Shown here piece by piece: positions 35,883 through 49,800 of a stretch of DNA of 64,000 nucleotides. Source of the DNA: Moniliella sp. 'wahieum' (taxonomy: Eukaryota); the NCBI GenBank assembly GCA_003971905.1, contig RSEE01000022.1, forward strand, positions 372,001 to 436,000. The letters are read 5' to 3'. Position numbers and translations under genes: made by a program. Each line of letters opens with the position of its first letter. Within the stretch, counting starts at the first letter, position 1. The notes under the pieces are model-generated. The model was not told where the DNA came from, ran no database searches, and saw only the letters and a list, made by a program, of their open reading frames with translations.

Positions 35883-36750
35883 ATGCCATCAATCTCTCCA
35901 CGAAGAAGCCTCCGTGTGCGCCTAAAGCGCCCATCTGCACACAAGAATCATAATGTGGATTCAGAGAGCAGTGACGACAGCCGCGACGAAAGCTACCAGC
36001 CCCCCAGCCCCAGAAGCAAACGCCCAAGATCCCCGGCCAGCTCGGAGGAGCCAGAAGAGGCATCATCTTCTCGCCACCGTCGTCGCTCTCCGCCCGTTCC
36101 TGTTTCCGCCCCATCCACTTCCAGCCGTGATCAAGAATATCCTTCCGATGACCCGAGATGATGATGATCGCCCCACAACCTCGGAGACCCGTGGTCCGCC
36201 CGGCGGCTCTGAACCACTCCGAAGATGACCGCTTTGCCTCATTGCACCGCCGGGCCCAGGCTCCAGCAGAAAGCCAGTCTGGATGGAACACCACTGCTCC
36301 CGCAGCGTACTGCTAATGATAATTCATCCCGATCGTCAGCTCGTATTCGGATGCGGGATGCGCAAAGCGCTCGCAAGCGGAGATGGAGACCAACTTGGCA
36401 TGGGCCACGGAGCTTGGTGCTGAGGATGAAGAGCCTACAGAGGAAATTCAAATTCAGGCACCCGAACCCACTTCGTCGGCACGATCGAACCGCTCTGCTC
36501 ATCCAGGCAGGAACAAGTTGGATCAGCTATGGCAGCAAACATTAGGTGCCAAAGGCAGACGTGGCGGACATGGAACATCGGCTCGGCCCGCATCTGGTCC
36601 TGTGGGCAGGAACAAGAATCTGCAGGAGGGGCTAGCCAGCATCTTCTCGAAGCTCAGGAACTCCGCCAAGCTGAAATTGATGCCAAGAAAGCCTGGGCTT
36701 CTTTCCACGCCCGCAAAGCTGGAGAGGCTTCCAGTACTAAACGGAGACTA
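35883..36750 (+). CDS. Hypothetical low-complexity Ser/Arg/Asp-rich protein (may be separate from, or fused to, the IMPACT gene)
   Basis: Coding-like ORFs 35796-36161, 36225-36545 and 36383 onward; no recognisable domain. Confidence 0.4.
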
Positions 36751-36807
36751 TACCTGCCGCCCATCGCATTCGGATCCCACTCCTGGTCAACTGATCGTCC
36801 GGTACAC

Positions 36808-37631
36808 ATGTCTGACTCCCCACCACCGCCAGCTACCGTTAGCAAAGAAACTCACTCGCTCGCGTCCTGGTTGGGCTTGGCTCCTAAGGAATCGGAGCTG
36901 CCAGAACCTGTCTCGTGCGATTCGGCGCAGCTGGTGGATCGGGATTCCCTTTTCGTGGGATTCGTCTACCCTCTCGAGAGCTCTCGTCCGGCCGAGGTGG
37001 CAGCTGTTCTCAACCATCTCACGCATCGTGTTCACCCCCATGTCCCCATCAACCTGCTCCCGCCTGCCTTGCGGGTTGCTCCTGCCAGCAAACGTGGTGC
37101 GTCACATGACATGTACGCCCTACGGGTGTTGCAGTTGCGCCCTGGAAGGACAGGAGACAATGGATCGGCAGATTATTCGGTTATCGAGGAGACTGAGGAC
37201 GACGGAGAAAAGTGGGGCGCTCAAAAAGTTCTGATGGCGATGCGAGAGCAAGGGATTGTGGATGCCATCTGCATTGTGTCCCGTTGGTATGGCGGGGTCA
37301 TGCTCGGCCCCGATCGCTTCGCTCATATCCACAATGTGGCCACGCATGCACTGCAGGCGTTCCGTGTGCAAGAACAAATCGGACCGATTGTGGCACAATT
37401 GGTGGAACTGGACCAGGAATTGGATTCCCTTCGGGGACAGTTGGCCAAGGCGAGAGGGAACCCGGCTCCCGCTGCAGCAGCCCCGGCTACAGCAGCCAAA
37501 TATGGTCATGTACAAGCTCTTGATCAGCCCAGCGACTTCTCACCGCACGACAGGCGGCGGTGCGTGCTCAAAGGCGAGTATTAACTCAAGTTCGGGACAA
37601 GATCAAGGCAGTGCCAGAATCATCCACATAA
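36808..37631 (+). CDS. IMPACT family (UPF0029/YigZ-like domain) protein
   Basis: DRDSLFVG, ASHDMYALR, EDDGEKWGA, VSRWYGGVMLGPDRFAHI; after a frameshift the C-terminus reads QRLLTARQ...ST* ending at 37631. Confidence 0.88.
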
Positions 37632-37824
37632 TATAGCTCACCGAGGATCATATTCTGCACCTTGCTTATATACTTCTACGTCCAATGCGAGGACGCCCAA
37701 CCCGAATGCAGAGGAAGTTGTAGGCCGAGAATTCGCATGGTTCGGGTTCGCTACAACAGGAGGGGAGCGGGAGGGGGCAATATCTTGCGGCAGTGAACAG
37801 AGGATGGTTGGAAACATACTAGGC

Positions 37825-40174
37825 CTAGAGCTTAGATTTGCAGCAGGCTGCCTCCGCGTTGGCCCGAACCGAGGCCGGGTCGTCGGTTGGACGAATGTCC
37901 ATTGCCGGGTTGCGAGGGAAAAAGAAGCTGGGCTTGAAGTAGAACGACACTTCATCCGATGGCATGACGGGGAAGCTGGAGGACAAGCACGCAGGTCAGA
38001 AAGATGAACAAGCAACGAGATAAGGAGTGGGAGAACTCACTCTTCTGCCCGGGGCAAGTGGGTGATGCCGGTAGTGAAGAAGAGGACGATGTCCTTGTTA
38101 CGAATGGATTCCGTGCCATCGCCCACCCAAGCCTCGACCGTGTCTGCGGGGGTCTTGGTGGTCTGTACCACGTGTTTGCCGGCAGGGTACAAGCGGCCTT
38201 CCTCGTAGGGCACCGTCCAGAGTGCATGCTTTGCGAACGGAGCGCGGGTCGCGACGAGACTGTCGTGGTGAGCAAGAAGCTTGGGCTGCTGAGGGATCAC
38301 CAGCTTGAATCCCACCGGCTTGTTGTTGGCGTAGTGCTTTTTGTTCTCATTGACAATCACCCAGCCACGCTCTGAGTCGGCATCGGCATCACGCACCCCG
38401 TCGCCCGTCGTCTCAAACGTGGTCTGAGGGGCAATGTAGGCGTTGCCAGCCCAGTTGCGCGGGTGACCCGTGGGGTAGGGTGACGACTCGACGTGTTGTT
38501 CCACCACACTGTTAAGTGGGCCATCGATGTGAGGGTCGATGCGGACGCTTAAATGGGATACGGGGTTAGCCACTGAAAATCATGTCTGGAAAGAGGTGCG
38601 TACCTGAACAGATGCTGGTGGTACTGGGCGTTGATACGGGGTGCCACTTCATTGCCATATGTAGTAGTCTCACCGGGGCCGAGAGGCGAAAGGTTAAGAA
38701 TACCCGTAAGGTTAAGCTTGCAACCCCATGTACCATCGAGGAAGAACTCCCACGAAGCCTAAAAAAAACAATGATTAGCAGGGAAGTCTCAAGGGCATGG
38801 GCCTCGTGCGGAGGAGCAAAGTTGAAGTTTGGCCTTACCTTGTATTCGTAGTTCGCCACAGTGTAACGGAAGAGATAACGAGCTTACGTTGACGCACAGT
38901 TGCCCGCAAGCCGTTAGGGCGGAAGTCGGCGTGGGTCCAGGCAGTGCCAGCGTCCTCCTCATGGATGCAAATTGCGTTTTGGACTGTGCGCACCGAGCCA
39001 TCGTGCTGCACAAGGTGGCCATCCATGTACTCGATGCTACCCAGACAGTCACATCCCAACGAAAGTGAGTTGGACAACATTCCCAGCCCATATTCGCCAA
39101 CATCGAATGCAAACTTCTTGTACCACGGGTAATCAGGGTGGGAGTACGGAACAACCATTTCCGCCAACGAGGCCCGGTAGAACAAAGGCCGCTCTTCCGG
39201 GTTCTTGAGGCTGGCACCGGGGGCTTCCGAATCCTTGTAAGAAATCGTCGAAAGCACAATCCCCTCTCGCGGATGGAAGCCAACGTGGATCTTCCACTTC
39301 TGCCATTCCAAAATGTTGCCCGTGCGGACGAAGGATACACCTTCGGGTTGAACGACCTGCAGGGGTTTCAGATCATCACGGAACCCGTTGGGGGCCGAGC
39401 CATCCGGCGTCTGGACCATCTTGGGGTGCCACTCGTGCTTTTTGCGTGGGGGGCCGTAACGGGGACGCAAGGCCGGGTCCGGCTTGGTAAACCCAGGGGG
39501 GGAGGGGCGCTGGTGGCGGAGGTCGAGAGCTCACGGTTGGGCCCTTGCGTACGCATAGGAGGGTAGTCAATCGCCAGAACCTCGCCAGTGTTACTGTCCA
39601 AGACAGGCGCAAAGTCAAGCGGGTGGGCGTAGTGGTTGTCGTCCGGGCTGCCAAAGCGTGCGTAACAGTAGGCTTCTTGCAAACGGCGGCCAGGGAAGCG
39701 CGTGTCCCAGCCAACCGACCAGCCATCGGCATACAATTGATGGGGCTCAACGCCAATCTCCTTGAGTGCCTCAATTACCTTAGGCGACTTGCGAAGGTTG
39801 TCCTCCGCTACCTCAAGCTCTTGGACGGTGATTGCGGGTTGCACACCTTCAGGGAGAAGGATGACATCGACCACGGTCGGTTGAGGTGCCGATGGAGGAA
39901 GAGTGACGTACAACTCGTACGCACGACCACCAACAGCATCAATCACGTGCACCTCCACCTGGCGTTCAATCTTTGTCTTTGGCTTCTCCGCTGGACCGCC
40001 GGGCCAACGGATGTGTTCGATCACGGCGTTCTTCTCAGGCTCCTTGAGATAGACGTTGGTGATCTTGAACGCCTTGAGGCCCAGCTTCTCAACAGCATGG
40101 GTCTTGACGACGGCACCAGCAGCCGCAATCTCCTCAGGTGTGGGCGGATCAAGCGGATGGAAGGGGAGCGACAT
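37825..40174 (-). CDS. Peroxisomal copper amine oxidase (TPQ enzyme), with introns and frameshifts
   Basis: HPLDPPT, NHYAHPL, QPEGVSF, WQKW, AFDVGEYG, LGCDCLG, ICIHEED, TVANYEY (TPQ Tyr), HQHLF and THLPR (Cu ligands); C-terminal SKL PTS1 before TAG. Confidence 0.95.
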
Positions 40175-40358
40175 AATGGCGCACTGAGCAGAGGGTGTGG
40201 CGGGGGGGGGTTGATGGTGAAAACAGCGCAGTGTAAGACGGCACCAGCAGGGGCACTTAAATAGAGTGCTTGCGGAGCCAACTATGTGGAAGAAGTGCAC
40301 CCGCGGCCTGTTCTGATTTGCCTGTGTCTCCTCAAAACCCCAAACGGACCCGTGCACA

Positions 40359-40975
40359 GATACTGACTGATAGATATCCCCAATCATTAACCAGGGTGCG
40401 GTTCAGGCACCACAGAGCGCACCGCCATGTCAGATCACAGAGAGCAAGTCCGTTCACAACAGAAGAAACCAAAGCCGACTGGTCCAAAAGCCACCACTGT
40501 AGGGCAGCACGCAGAGCAGGCTAAGTCCGATGGAGCTGCCTCTGTCAGCGATCAGGCTGATCACAACCAGCACGGCTTATCGATATCAATATCAGCTCCA
40601 GCCAGTATTCAATGCCCAGCGCCCATCCAGCACCACGCAACCCTAGCTGGCCTGGCGCCACTGAGCAGCCCACTGACGCCGTGCTGGGCAGCGCGCTTAG
40701 GCGCTTAGGGGTCAGTCAATTTAATTGTTAGTCTAAGCGCGCTTACACGGGCCTGCTGCTGCTTAATGTTTAGGGGCGTGCACTGGGCCTGTGCCCGTTG
40801 CATCCTGTCTCTGGCCTCATGCATCATGCATCAATGACACCCCGCGTCACGCGTCACGCGTCAAGCTTCAAATTTCAAACTTGAGCTTGAGATGCGAGAT
40901 GCTCTGGCGATGATCGATGACGCGATGACGTGTCAACGTCGCCTCGCGTCGCATATCATCCTGACATGTGATAAG
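40359..40975. promoter_or_regulatory. GATA motifs in the divergent amine oxidase / formaldehyde dehydrogenase promoter
   Basis: GATAAG at 40576-40581 (minus) and 40970-40975 (plus); further GATA cores at 40359-40376 and 40582-40593. Confidence 0.4.
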
Positions 40976-41268
40976 AATATGCCGTGGATCAATTGTGGTT
41001 TTCCAAGTCTCAGTACTGAGACTCAGTACTCAGTACTTGTGCTCAGTTCTAGTCAGTGGGCAGCCGTGTACTGGGCTGTACAGTGGCTGTACCCGCACGC
41101 CTCCAGCCTGCTCTCACCTCCAGCACCAACTGTCGCGTGCCCCCCTCCCCCCCCCCCCAATCCCCCTCTTAAAGCAGTCCCACTTTCACCGCCCACCTCC
41201 CACCCCAACGCCAACAACCCACCGTCTCTTCTTCGCCACCCACACCTACATTCACATCACACCCGACC

Positions 41269-42496
<1,228 letters not shown>

Positions 42497-42833
42497 GTCT
42501 TTGCTAGTGCCTTGCACACTTCTCTTCTGTCGCTAGCATTGCACTCATACCATTTCCTTTTTGCTTATTGTAGGACTCCCCTCCCATAAGCTCCAAAACT
42601 TATAGAACCTGGATAAATCTCACTGTCAGTACTATTCTTTTCATCATTCGTCCAAGGGAAGGAGTAGTCAACGAAATATCAACAGAATAGCGAGCGAGAA
42701 TAACGTCAACGATACGTCGTCTTCTCACACCGGCTCGCCCTCCTATCGTGTATGTTGTGTAATGGAAGTATATAGTTGAAAGGATCCGAAAAGGGGAAGG
42801 ATGCAGCAAATGTTATTCATTGGATTGGAAGAA

Positions 42834-45800
42834 TCAAGGCTTGCTCTTCGACTCCCTTGCCGGCTGCGGGGTCATCGAGGAATGGCCGTTAGTATGCGTT
42901 GGATCCGTGTAGCCCTGGGGTAACCGAGCAGAGCCCGGGTTCTGTTGATTTTGGTGACTTGCCAGGGCGGCGGCGCGGACTTGGGCTTCGTAGTACTGGG
43001 CATAGTAGTTGTGGTATGCGGCATTGTACGCTTCCTGGCTAGGGTACACGCCATACTGGTGTTGCCCAAGACCCACGGCCGAAGGAGCGACACCATACGT
43101 TTGCTCGTACCACTCGGCATAGGCTTGGTGAGACACAGGCGTATCCGCACCTCCCGTTGCCCCACCTGCCGCTGCTGGGGAGGCCAGTACGGTGTTGGTA
43201 GAGTGTGTGCGCGACAGAGATGGGGAGCGAGGATTGCCACTCTGGTTCACTTTGCCGGGTCCATGCGTCCTCCCGTGTCGCCTCCCTGGCACTTGGAGTC
43301 GGCGAAGGAACGGGGTCGCGCACCTCCTCTGCTGGCTAAAGAGCCACGCCTCCTGCCCTTGTGCGTGCGAGCGTGAAATGGGCGGAGAGGCGACCTCAGG
43401 TGCGCTTCCGAGTCGGTGGATGAGATCGAATTGCTGATTGCAGCTCTTCCTTCTCATGTGTCTTGCCGTGTCCGCCGTTTCGTTCCGTACTCGAGAGAGT
43501 CGACGACAAGAGTGTGTTCCTTGCCGAAGCAGTCGCGTCGGACGCTTCCGAGAGGGATCCGGGACTGTCACCAAGAGGCGTTCTGGCTGCCCCAAAGGGT
43601 TCCCCAGCACTGACGAGCATACGCGACCGGCGCGTTGCCTGCATTTCAGGTGAGGGGGACGGAGCTGTGGCTCGGGCATATTGGGCATAGGCGGGGTCGT
43701 TGTGGACACTGTACCCCCGCAACCTTGGCCGAGACGCTGTCCGGCAGTTGGCTCATCGGGGCGGTTGATTGCAGGTGATGTGTAGGGGTTTGTTCCCGTG
43801 TCATCCTTTCGGACGAAGCAGGTACATCTGTGTCCATCGGTACGGGGACAGGGACGTCCTATTGGTCCCTGGAGGCTGCAGGTGCCCGTAGCTGCCGGGG
43901 GCAGTGTAAGGGAACGATTGACGAGTAGCCTGATGGTCAGGTAGACCATTCCCGACAATCCCAGACCAGCGTACTCTGTTCGAGGCTGGTCCGCCAGCGT
44001 ATCTGCATGTGAGGGAGAGGCAGAGTAGACCGAAGCGTCGGAAGGAGAAGGCGGAGCCAAAGGGCTCTGGAACATAGGGGATGATGTAGGGACAGCGGAA
44101 TACCCCTTCATGTCCAGACCTCCAAACGATCGGGGAGGCTCGTGCAGTGTCATAGCTGGTGACGCTTGGTAGCTGGACAGGTCTTTCGAGTGTTGCTGGG
44201 GCGAGTCGAGGCTGAAATTCGAGCTGTAATCCAACATGCAGGCGCCTCCTTAGGGTTTGTATCGTCATCGCCCATTGGACCAATGGTAGCTGCGCTGGCG
44301 GTAGAAGAACGTTTGGCAGCCCCCGTTTTGGTGAACGTAGGTGTATCTTCGCTGTGCCCGTATTCGTAGCTGTAGCCATAGCCTGCGTCCAGGATCTTTG
44401 TTTCTCCCTAGACGCAGTCTTGTTGGGCTGAGCTTGAGGGATCCACGGAGCCAGAATCATTAGCGAAACGCACCCTTGGTCGATCGGAGGCGGCATATTC
44501 GCCAGAAGGGGAGGGGGAAGAAGCCAACAATCCTTCTCGACTGGGCGTCATTTCGCTTTGGTACCCTCAACGCCTCGACCAGCTCCTAACCAGATGCCAA
44601 CTCAGCAGCCTTGGTGGCGATAGAGCGGGCGTGCTTGTCTGCATATCCGTCATGTCCCGGTGGACCTTCGAATTGCCCCGCTTTTTGCGTACACAGAACA
44701 ATGCCAATATGCCCGCACAGATGGTGAGGATGGCGAGGCCAACTCCCCCTCCAATAGCAATCACGATAACATCCGCCATACTCAAATGGTTGGAGTTACC
44801 GTCGTCAACTGTTCCGGTGAAGCCGGCCCCCTTGTGGTTTTTATCGGTTGAATTACCCGAACCAAGGGAGGTCCCGAATTTGGAGCAAAGCGAGGGATGG
44901 CCATCGTCCGCGCCGAGTACCACGTTCAGGTTCGCCACCACGACGGAGGAGTCAGGTACAGTGATCGAAAGGGAACCATCGTCGCCAACCTGAAACGACT
45001 TCTGTTGGGATGAAGAAGTTGTGTTTACCAGTTGGGGCTGCCGTCCCCACTGGACTCATACTCCATACCGTTCCAGGTGGTGTTGGTGGTGCTGGCGGCG
45101 TAGGCAGCATTCAAAGAAGAAACGAAAAAGGTCTTTCCCTTGTAGTACGGTAAGGACAGATTAAATGTAACTGTGGGCGCACTTTGGCGACGGTGTTTTC
45201 CACGGTTCAAGAAAGAATGTGAATGAGAGCGGCGCTGGGGCGGGCGTAAGTCGCATTTGGCCGAAGGGGTTCGTGTTCAAAAGCACCACGGCCTGAAGGG
45301 TGTTGTGGCGATACACCCCATAAGCAGCCAGGCGCGTAGTGTAGGAGTCAGGCACTCCGGTAAGGGGGATGGCAGCGAAATTGGTGTTGCACCCTGTTCC
45401 TAGAAGCTGCGCCAGTGCGGCAAATGCATAATAGGATGAACGGACATGGGGGCCCACGCCATTTTGCTCGTTGGGTTGCCAGGGAGAGCCATAGGAGTTG
45501 TCGGTCATGTGGATCTGCGTGCTGGCAACGCCGACGGTGGAAGCAAAAGAAAGTAGTTCATTGTCCATAGTGTATTAGCTTATGAGCCATCAAGTCAGTA
45601 TGATACGCCTGAACAGGTTGGACCGCGTCTCAACGTACCGAAGTATCGCTAATGCCTTGTATGCCTGTGGACCCACGACCCCATTTCTCGCACAAAGTAA
45701 GGCTTTCCAGAGGCATTGCCTGTTTGGCTTGATTGGTCCACTCCGTGTACTGTTGAGTCATAGCTGGCAAACTCAGCAACGGTCGATGGTCAAGTTCCAA

Positions 45801-46724
45801 TTCGACACTCCTACATAGTCTGAAGAGGGATGAAGACGGGTCAGTTCATATGCTGCATACGGCAAGAAAAGAAAACGCACAAAAGTAGTCGTGCTGGGAC
45901 CAGCCCTTGAGGTACTGGCCATTGTCGGTGGCAACACCAGTCCTCATCAAATCGATGATGCGGTAGGCATGACCGGTCTTGGTTGCCGTTGTGGCAGTGC
46001 TCGCTGCCTCAAACATGTCTGTTGGCAAGCCTTGGGCTTGAGCACTTGTTTGTAAACCGCATCGGCACGGAAAAACCACTCGCTGCCGTAGTCCGCCGTT
46101 GTCCAGGAACTGTTACGATACTTGTTCACGATGTACAATCCGGTTCGTTTCCCACTTCGAGTGAATGAATCTGCACATTTTTGATGTAAGCGAAAAGAGA
46201 CTGCGCTTGGGCAACAATGTGAGTCAGCGCGTCTTGGTTGTTGTACGCCAGGTTGAGGCCAAAAGTGATGGGTGTGTTCTTGGGGAAATTATCGAGAGCA
46301 GCGTAGTAGCCAGGACCGTAGGTCCAGCTGTCGGTTTTGCTGCCTGGATTGCCTTGCCCGTGGCATTGGGATTAGGAACGATTCCAAGTGACGTATTGGT
46401 CCCATCGTAGAGCATATTGTCGCCCGAGTTGCCCCCGACACGAATATGGGGTGGAACGCCCATATAGTTGGCAATATTGGTCAAGAGCTGGTTGGAGAGA
46501 CGGTTGGGTGTGGTGATGCCGGTGAAAGAAAGTAGGTTGCTGGGCTCAATACCCACGCCCATGTAGGTTCCATCAAGCACAGTCGACACACCATTGCCCA
46601 TTCCGCCGATGGTATTCAAAGGCGAGAGCGAAACCTGGGCCTGAGCTGGGGCGGTGAGGAGAAGCGTGTTGACGACCGCAGCGGCGGTGGCAGCCAGGGT
46701 AAGGCACCGACGGCGGAAACGCAT
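42834..46724 (-). CDS. Type I membrane protein with an extracellular glycoside hydrolase family 79-like domain and a long low-complexity cytoplasmic tail
   Basis: Signal peptide; GVGIEP, PPHIRVGGNSGD, GNEPD (acid/base), SQHDY, REMGS (nucleophile region), PHVRSSYYA, RLAAYGVY; TM helix VIVIAIGGGVGLAILTICAGILALFCV followed by RKKR. Confidence 0.8.
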
Positions 46725-46767
46725 TTGTCGAGGAGAATGGGAGTAGAAACTCCCTTGTTGGTGTCAA

Positions 46768-46810
46768 AAGAGGGTGGGGGGGGGTGGGGGGGGGGGGGGG
46801 GGGGGGGAGG
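46768..46810 (+). repeat. Poly-G tract upstream of the GH79 gene
   Basis: About 40 nt of nearly pure G. Confidence 0.8.
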
Positions 46811-49800
46811 TGCGCAGGGGATGGATGGGGAGAAGGGAAAGAGAGAAAAGTGGCGGCAGGACATCCCGACCCGCTGTGATCGCTGATCGCTGATGGCGTG
46901 TATCATTATTCATTCCTGATGTGGGAATGGTGCTCGCAGCGTCTCGTGCCTGCCTCTGCGTCCTGGTTGTCGCAGACTGCATTCCAGCTCCGAAAGGCCA
47001 GGGCACCCAAGGGCCACCACGGCGGCCCAGAGACAGAGCAGGACAGAACCCTAACATACCCCAACCCTTTCCCAGGCAGACGCTCGCGGACAGGGCCCAT
47101 ATCCTTGCTAGGTGATGAGCCGCTGAGCGGCGGAGCGCTGACGCATGATGCATGACGCTTGACGCGTGACGTGCATGACGGGTGCCTGAGTCGGCAGCGA
47201 TCGATGATGCAATTGCGTGGTGCCTGAGCAAGAGCGCGCTGATCGCGCCGATCAGCTGCCAGAGCGGAGGGGCAGGAGTGCAGTGTCACATGCAGGTGGC
47301 ACCCTGTCCCTGTCTATGTCTGACAGGCGCAGTCCCAACCCAGACGGCATGCAGCGCATTGCACAGCAAAGTGCTTCGGCTGCCGCTGGACGTGCAGCGG
47401 CACGCACTCTGCCGGCGTCTTTCCCCGCTGGCTTGGTAGCGGCAGCGCTTGGCCGAACGGCACCACGCCACACTGGCCCGAAGCTGGTCGCTGATCCTCC
47501 GCCCTCGCTGCACGGGGTTGCACATTGGCTGCACTGAGGCTTTTGGCCTGTGGCTTGAGGGCCTGAGGCTGCCGGTAGGCAGCGGTGTGTTTGTTCGGGA
47601 CCTGCATGGGACTTGCATGGCACCTGGCAGATCCATGCCGCGCCAGCGTGTCCAGGGTCCAGCAGGGCACAGCCAAGCAGGACTGCATCGTCCAAGCGCT
47701 GTTTCCCCGCACTGTACGCTCCGCCGCCCCGGCACCTCCCCACACAGGCGAGAACTGAGCGCAGGAGGGTTAACGCGCTAAGGGTTACACGTCAACCACC
47801 GGACGCTGCCGTCTCGATAGCTATTACAGTAGAGGTGACTTGGAGTTACATGGGCATCGCACCCACCCCTTGCCGGGACTGGCAATATAGTACGTTTTTC
47901 CATGCTGATCCACTGCCTGGTGATACATGCTTGCTGAGCTGGGCGCTGGGCGCTGAGCGCTGGAGCCCAATGGGATCTGAGATCTCACTGAGATCTGAGT
48001 TCTGATAGTCGATAGAGCTTAGAGCTTAGAGGCTCTCTTGCGAAATGCTCTGACATGCTCTCCTCTTTTGCTCTCGCTGGCTGGACCGAACGTTGGCCAC
48101 ATCTGAGATCTGAGCTGCACATCGGCTATTTTATTCTCTGTGCACCACACCTCCTACAGAGAGTCTCAACCTCTGGTTGTGGCCATTGCTGAGAGAGACT
48201 CAGCCCTTGGCAGAAATGTATATAGATGCTGGTCGATTGTCGTCGCGTCGATGAAGCTTGAAGCTTGAAGCATCAGACCGTTCATTGATTATTGTTTGTG
48301 TGCCTTTTTGGTACCCCCAACACACAAGACATGTGGCTATAGTGATGGTTAACACTGACTGTGTGCAATGGTTGCTGCGGGTGCCATTAAAACATGTTCT
48401 GACTCTGATTATATAGTTTTGTTCGTACAGCAACTACAGAAGCTTGAGAGCACAGCTTGAGATCAACTATTGCATTATTCATGTGCCAGAGCTCAAACCC
48501 AGCAATCAGTCAACGTTACTGATATGTGCTTTGAGAAGTAACTTAACGTGAGTGTTGAACGAGTTGGCAAGACACAATGTTGGCCTAGGGAGCCGTACGG
48601 GCAGAAGGATGAGGAGAAGGTGATGGATTATCGATTATCGATTAGTAGAGCCAAAGTTGGGTCTCGGTACAGAGGCATCGATCCAGGAGGCCGGACTAGG
48701 CACATGGCCAGTGAGTCACACAGGAGAGAGTGTAGCGCACAGGGACAGTGACACGCTGGGACACCAGCGTGGAAGCCGATGGAACCGAGACGAACCTTGT
48801 CTACCGACTGGGAGCCGGAGGATCACATCCATCACAGACAGTCAATACACAAAATCGAAAATACCCCAGATTTTTAAAAGGATCCGATGCTTCTCCACAT
48901 ACACTCTCTTCTACGGGCTTAGCGGATCTAAGGCCGTCTCTTCCTAACATGGCGTTCTTCTGACAGTTCTTTACTGTATACGGGGGCCTCAGGTCGCAGA
49001 GGACGGGTGCGTAACGCGTAATTTCTAATGGTTGTGTGATTTCGTTGCCACCACAAAGCTGGCCCGCCATAAAAGACTTCTCGGTACAGTTCGTAGTCAC
49101 AGTTACTTCTTGGCAGTCAGTATACTGTCATCGCCCCCTCATGCCAGTCCTCATGGCTCACATGCCTATCAACACACCGACGCTCACTTGTGTCCACAAC
49201 CGGACTCCACCCGGATCGGAAAGCAAAGGAGCCAGAGAGATTCGGAGCTTCTCGCGACACCATTGGCGTCCTGATTAATGATTGGATGGGCACGAGCCAA
49301 CCGAGCTGTATAACAGAAGAGTATTGTCACAGGCCTAGCTAGCGATGCTGGCGATGGTCGATGGAGATGGCATTCAAGAGCTAAGGAGAGCTAGAGCTAT
49401 GGGCCTTGATAGGCTCCTGGCCTGGAGGCCAGTGGAAACCCGTGGAAGGGTCGGAACTCACTGCCCCGGTGCACTGTGTGGATCGGGCCACGTGTCACTG
49501 AAGGCCGATGGGCTCTAGACCACTGGTGGTCAACAAGTATTTCATGCCGGATGAGCAAGCGGCTGGTATATAGCTTCTTTATTCCTTTTATCTGGAGTGT
49601 TGCAAATGCTATTAGTACACAGCGCTGTCGTGAGGTCGATTACAGGGAGAGCAATAGACTCCACGAGTATTATGATCTATCGACCAGATACTTGCCGTGG
49701 TAGGATTTGATCACTTAACGGTGTATATCAGATCGCCGTTTCGTGGGTAGATGTACATGCGATAGAAGCATAGACTTGTGAGATACATGACAACCAAACC

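Noticed and set aside
40813..41040. CRISPR-like array, or synthetic polylinker contamination (many 6-bp restriction-type palindromes)
   Set aside because: There is no long repeat-spacer structure and no cas gene; the motifs are dispersed, degenerate and embedded in native intergenic DNA throughout the window
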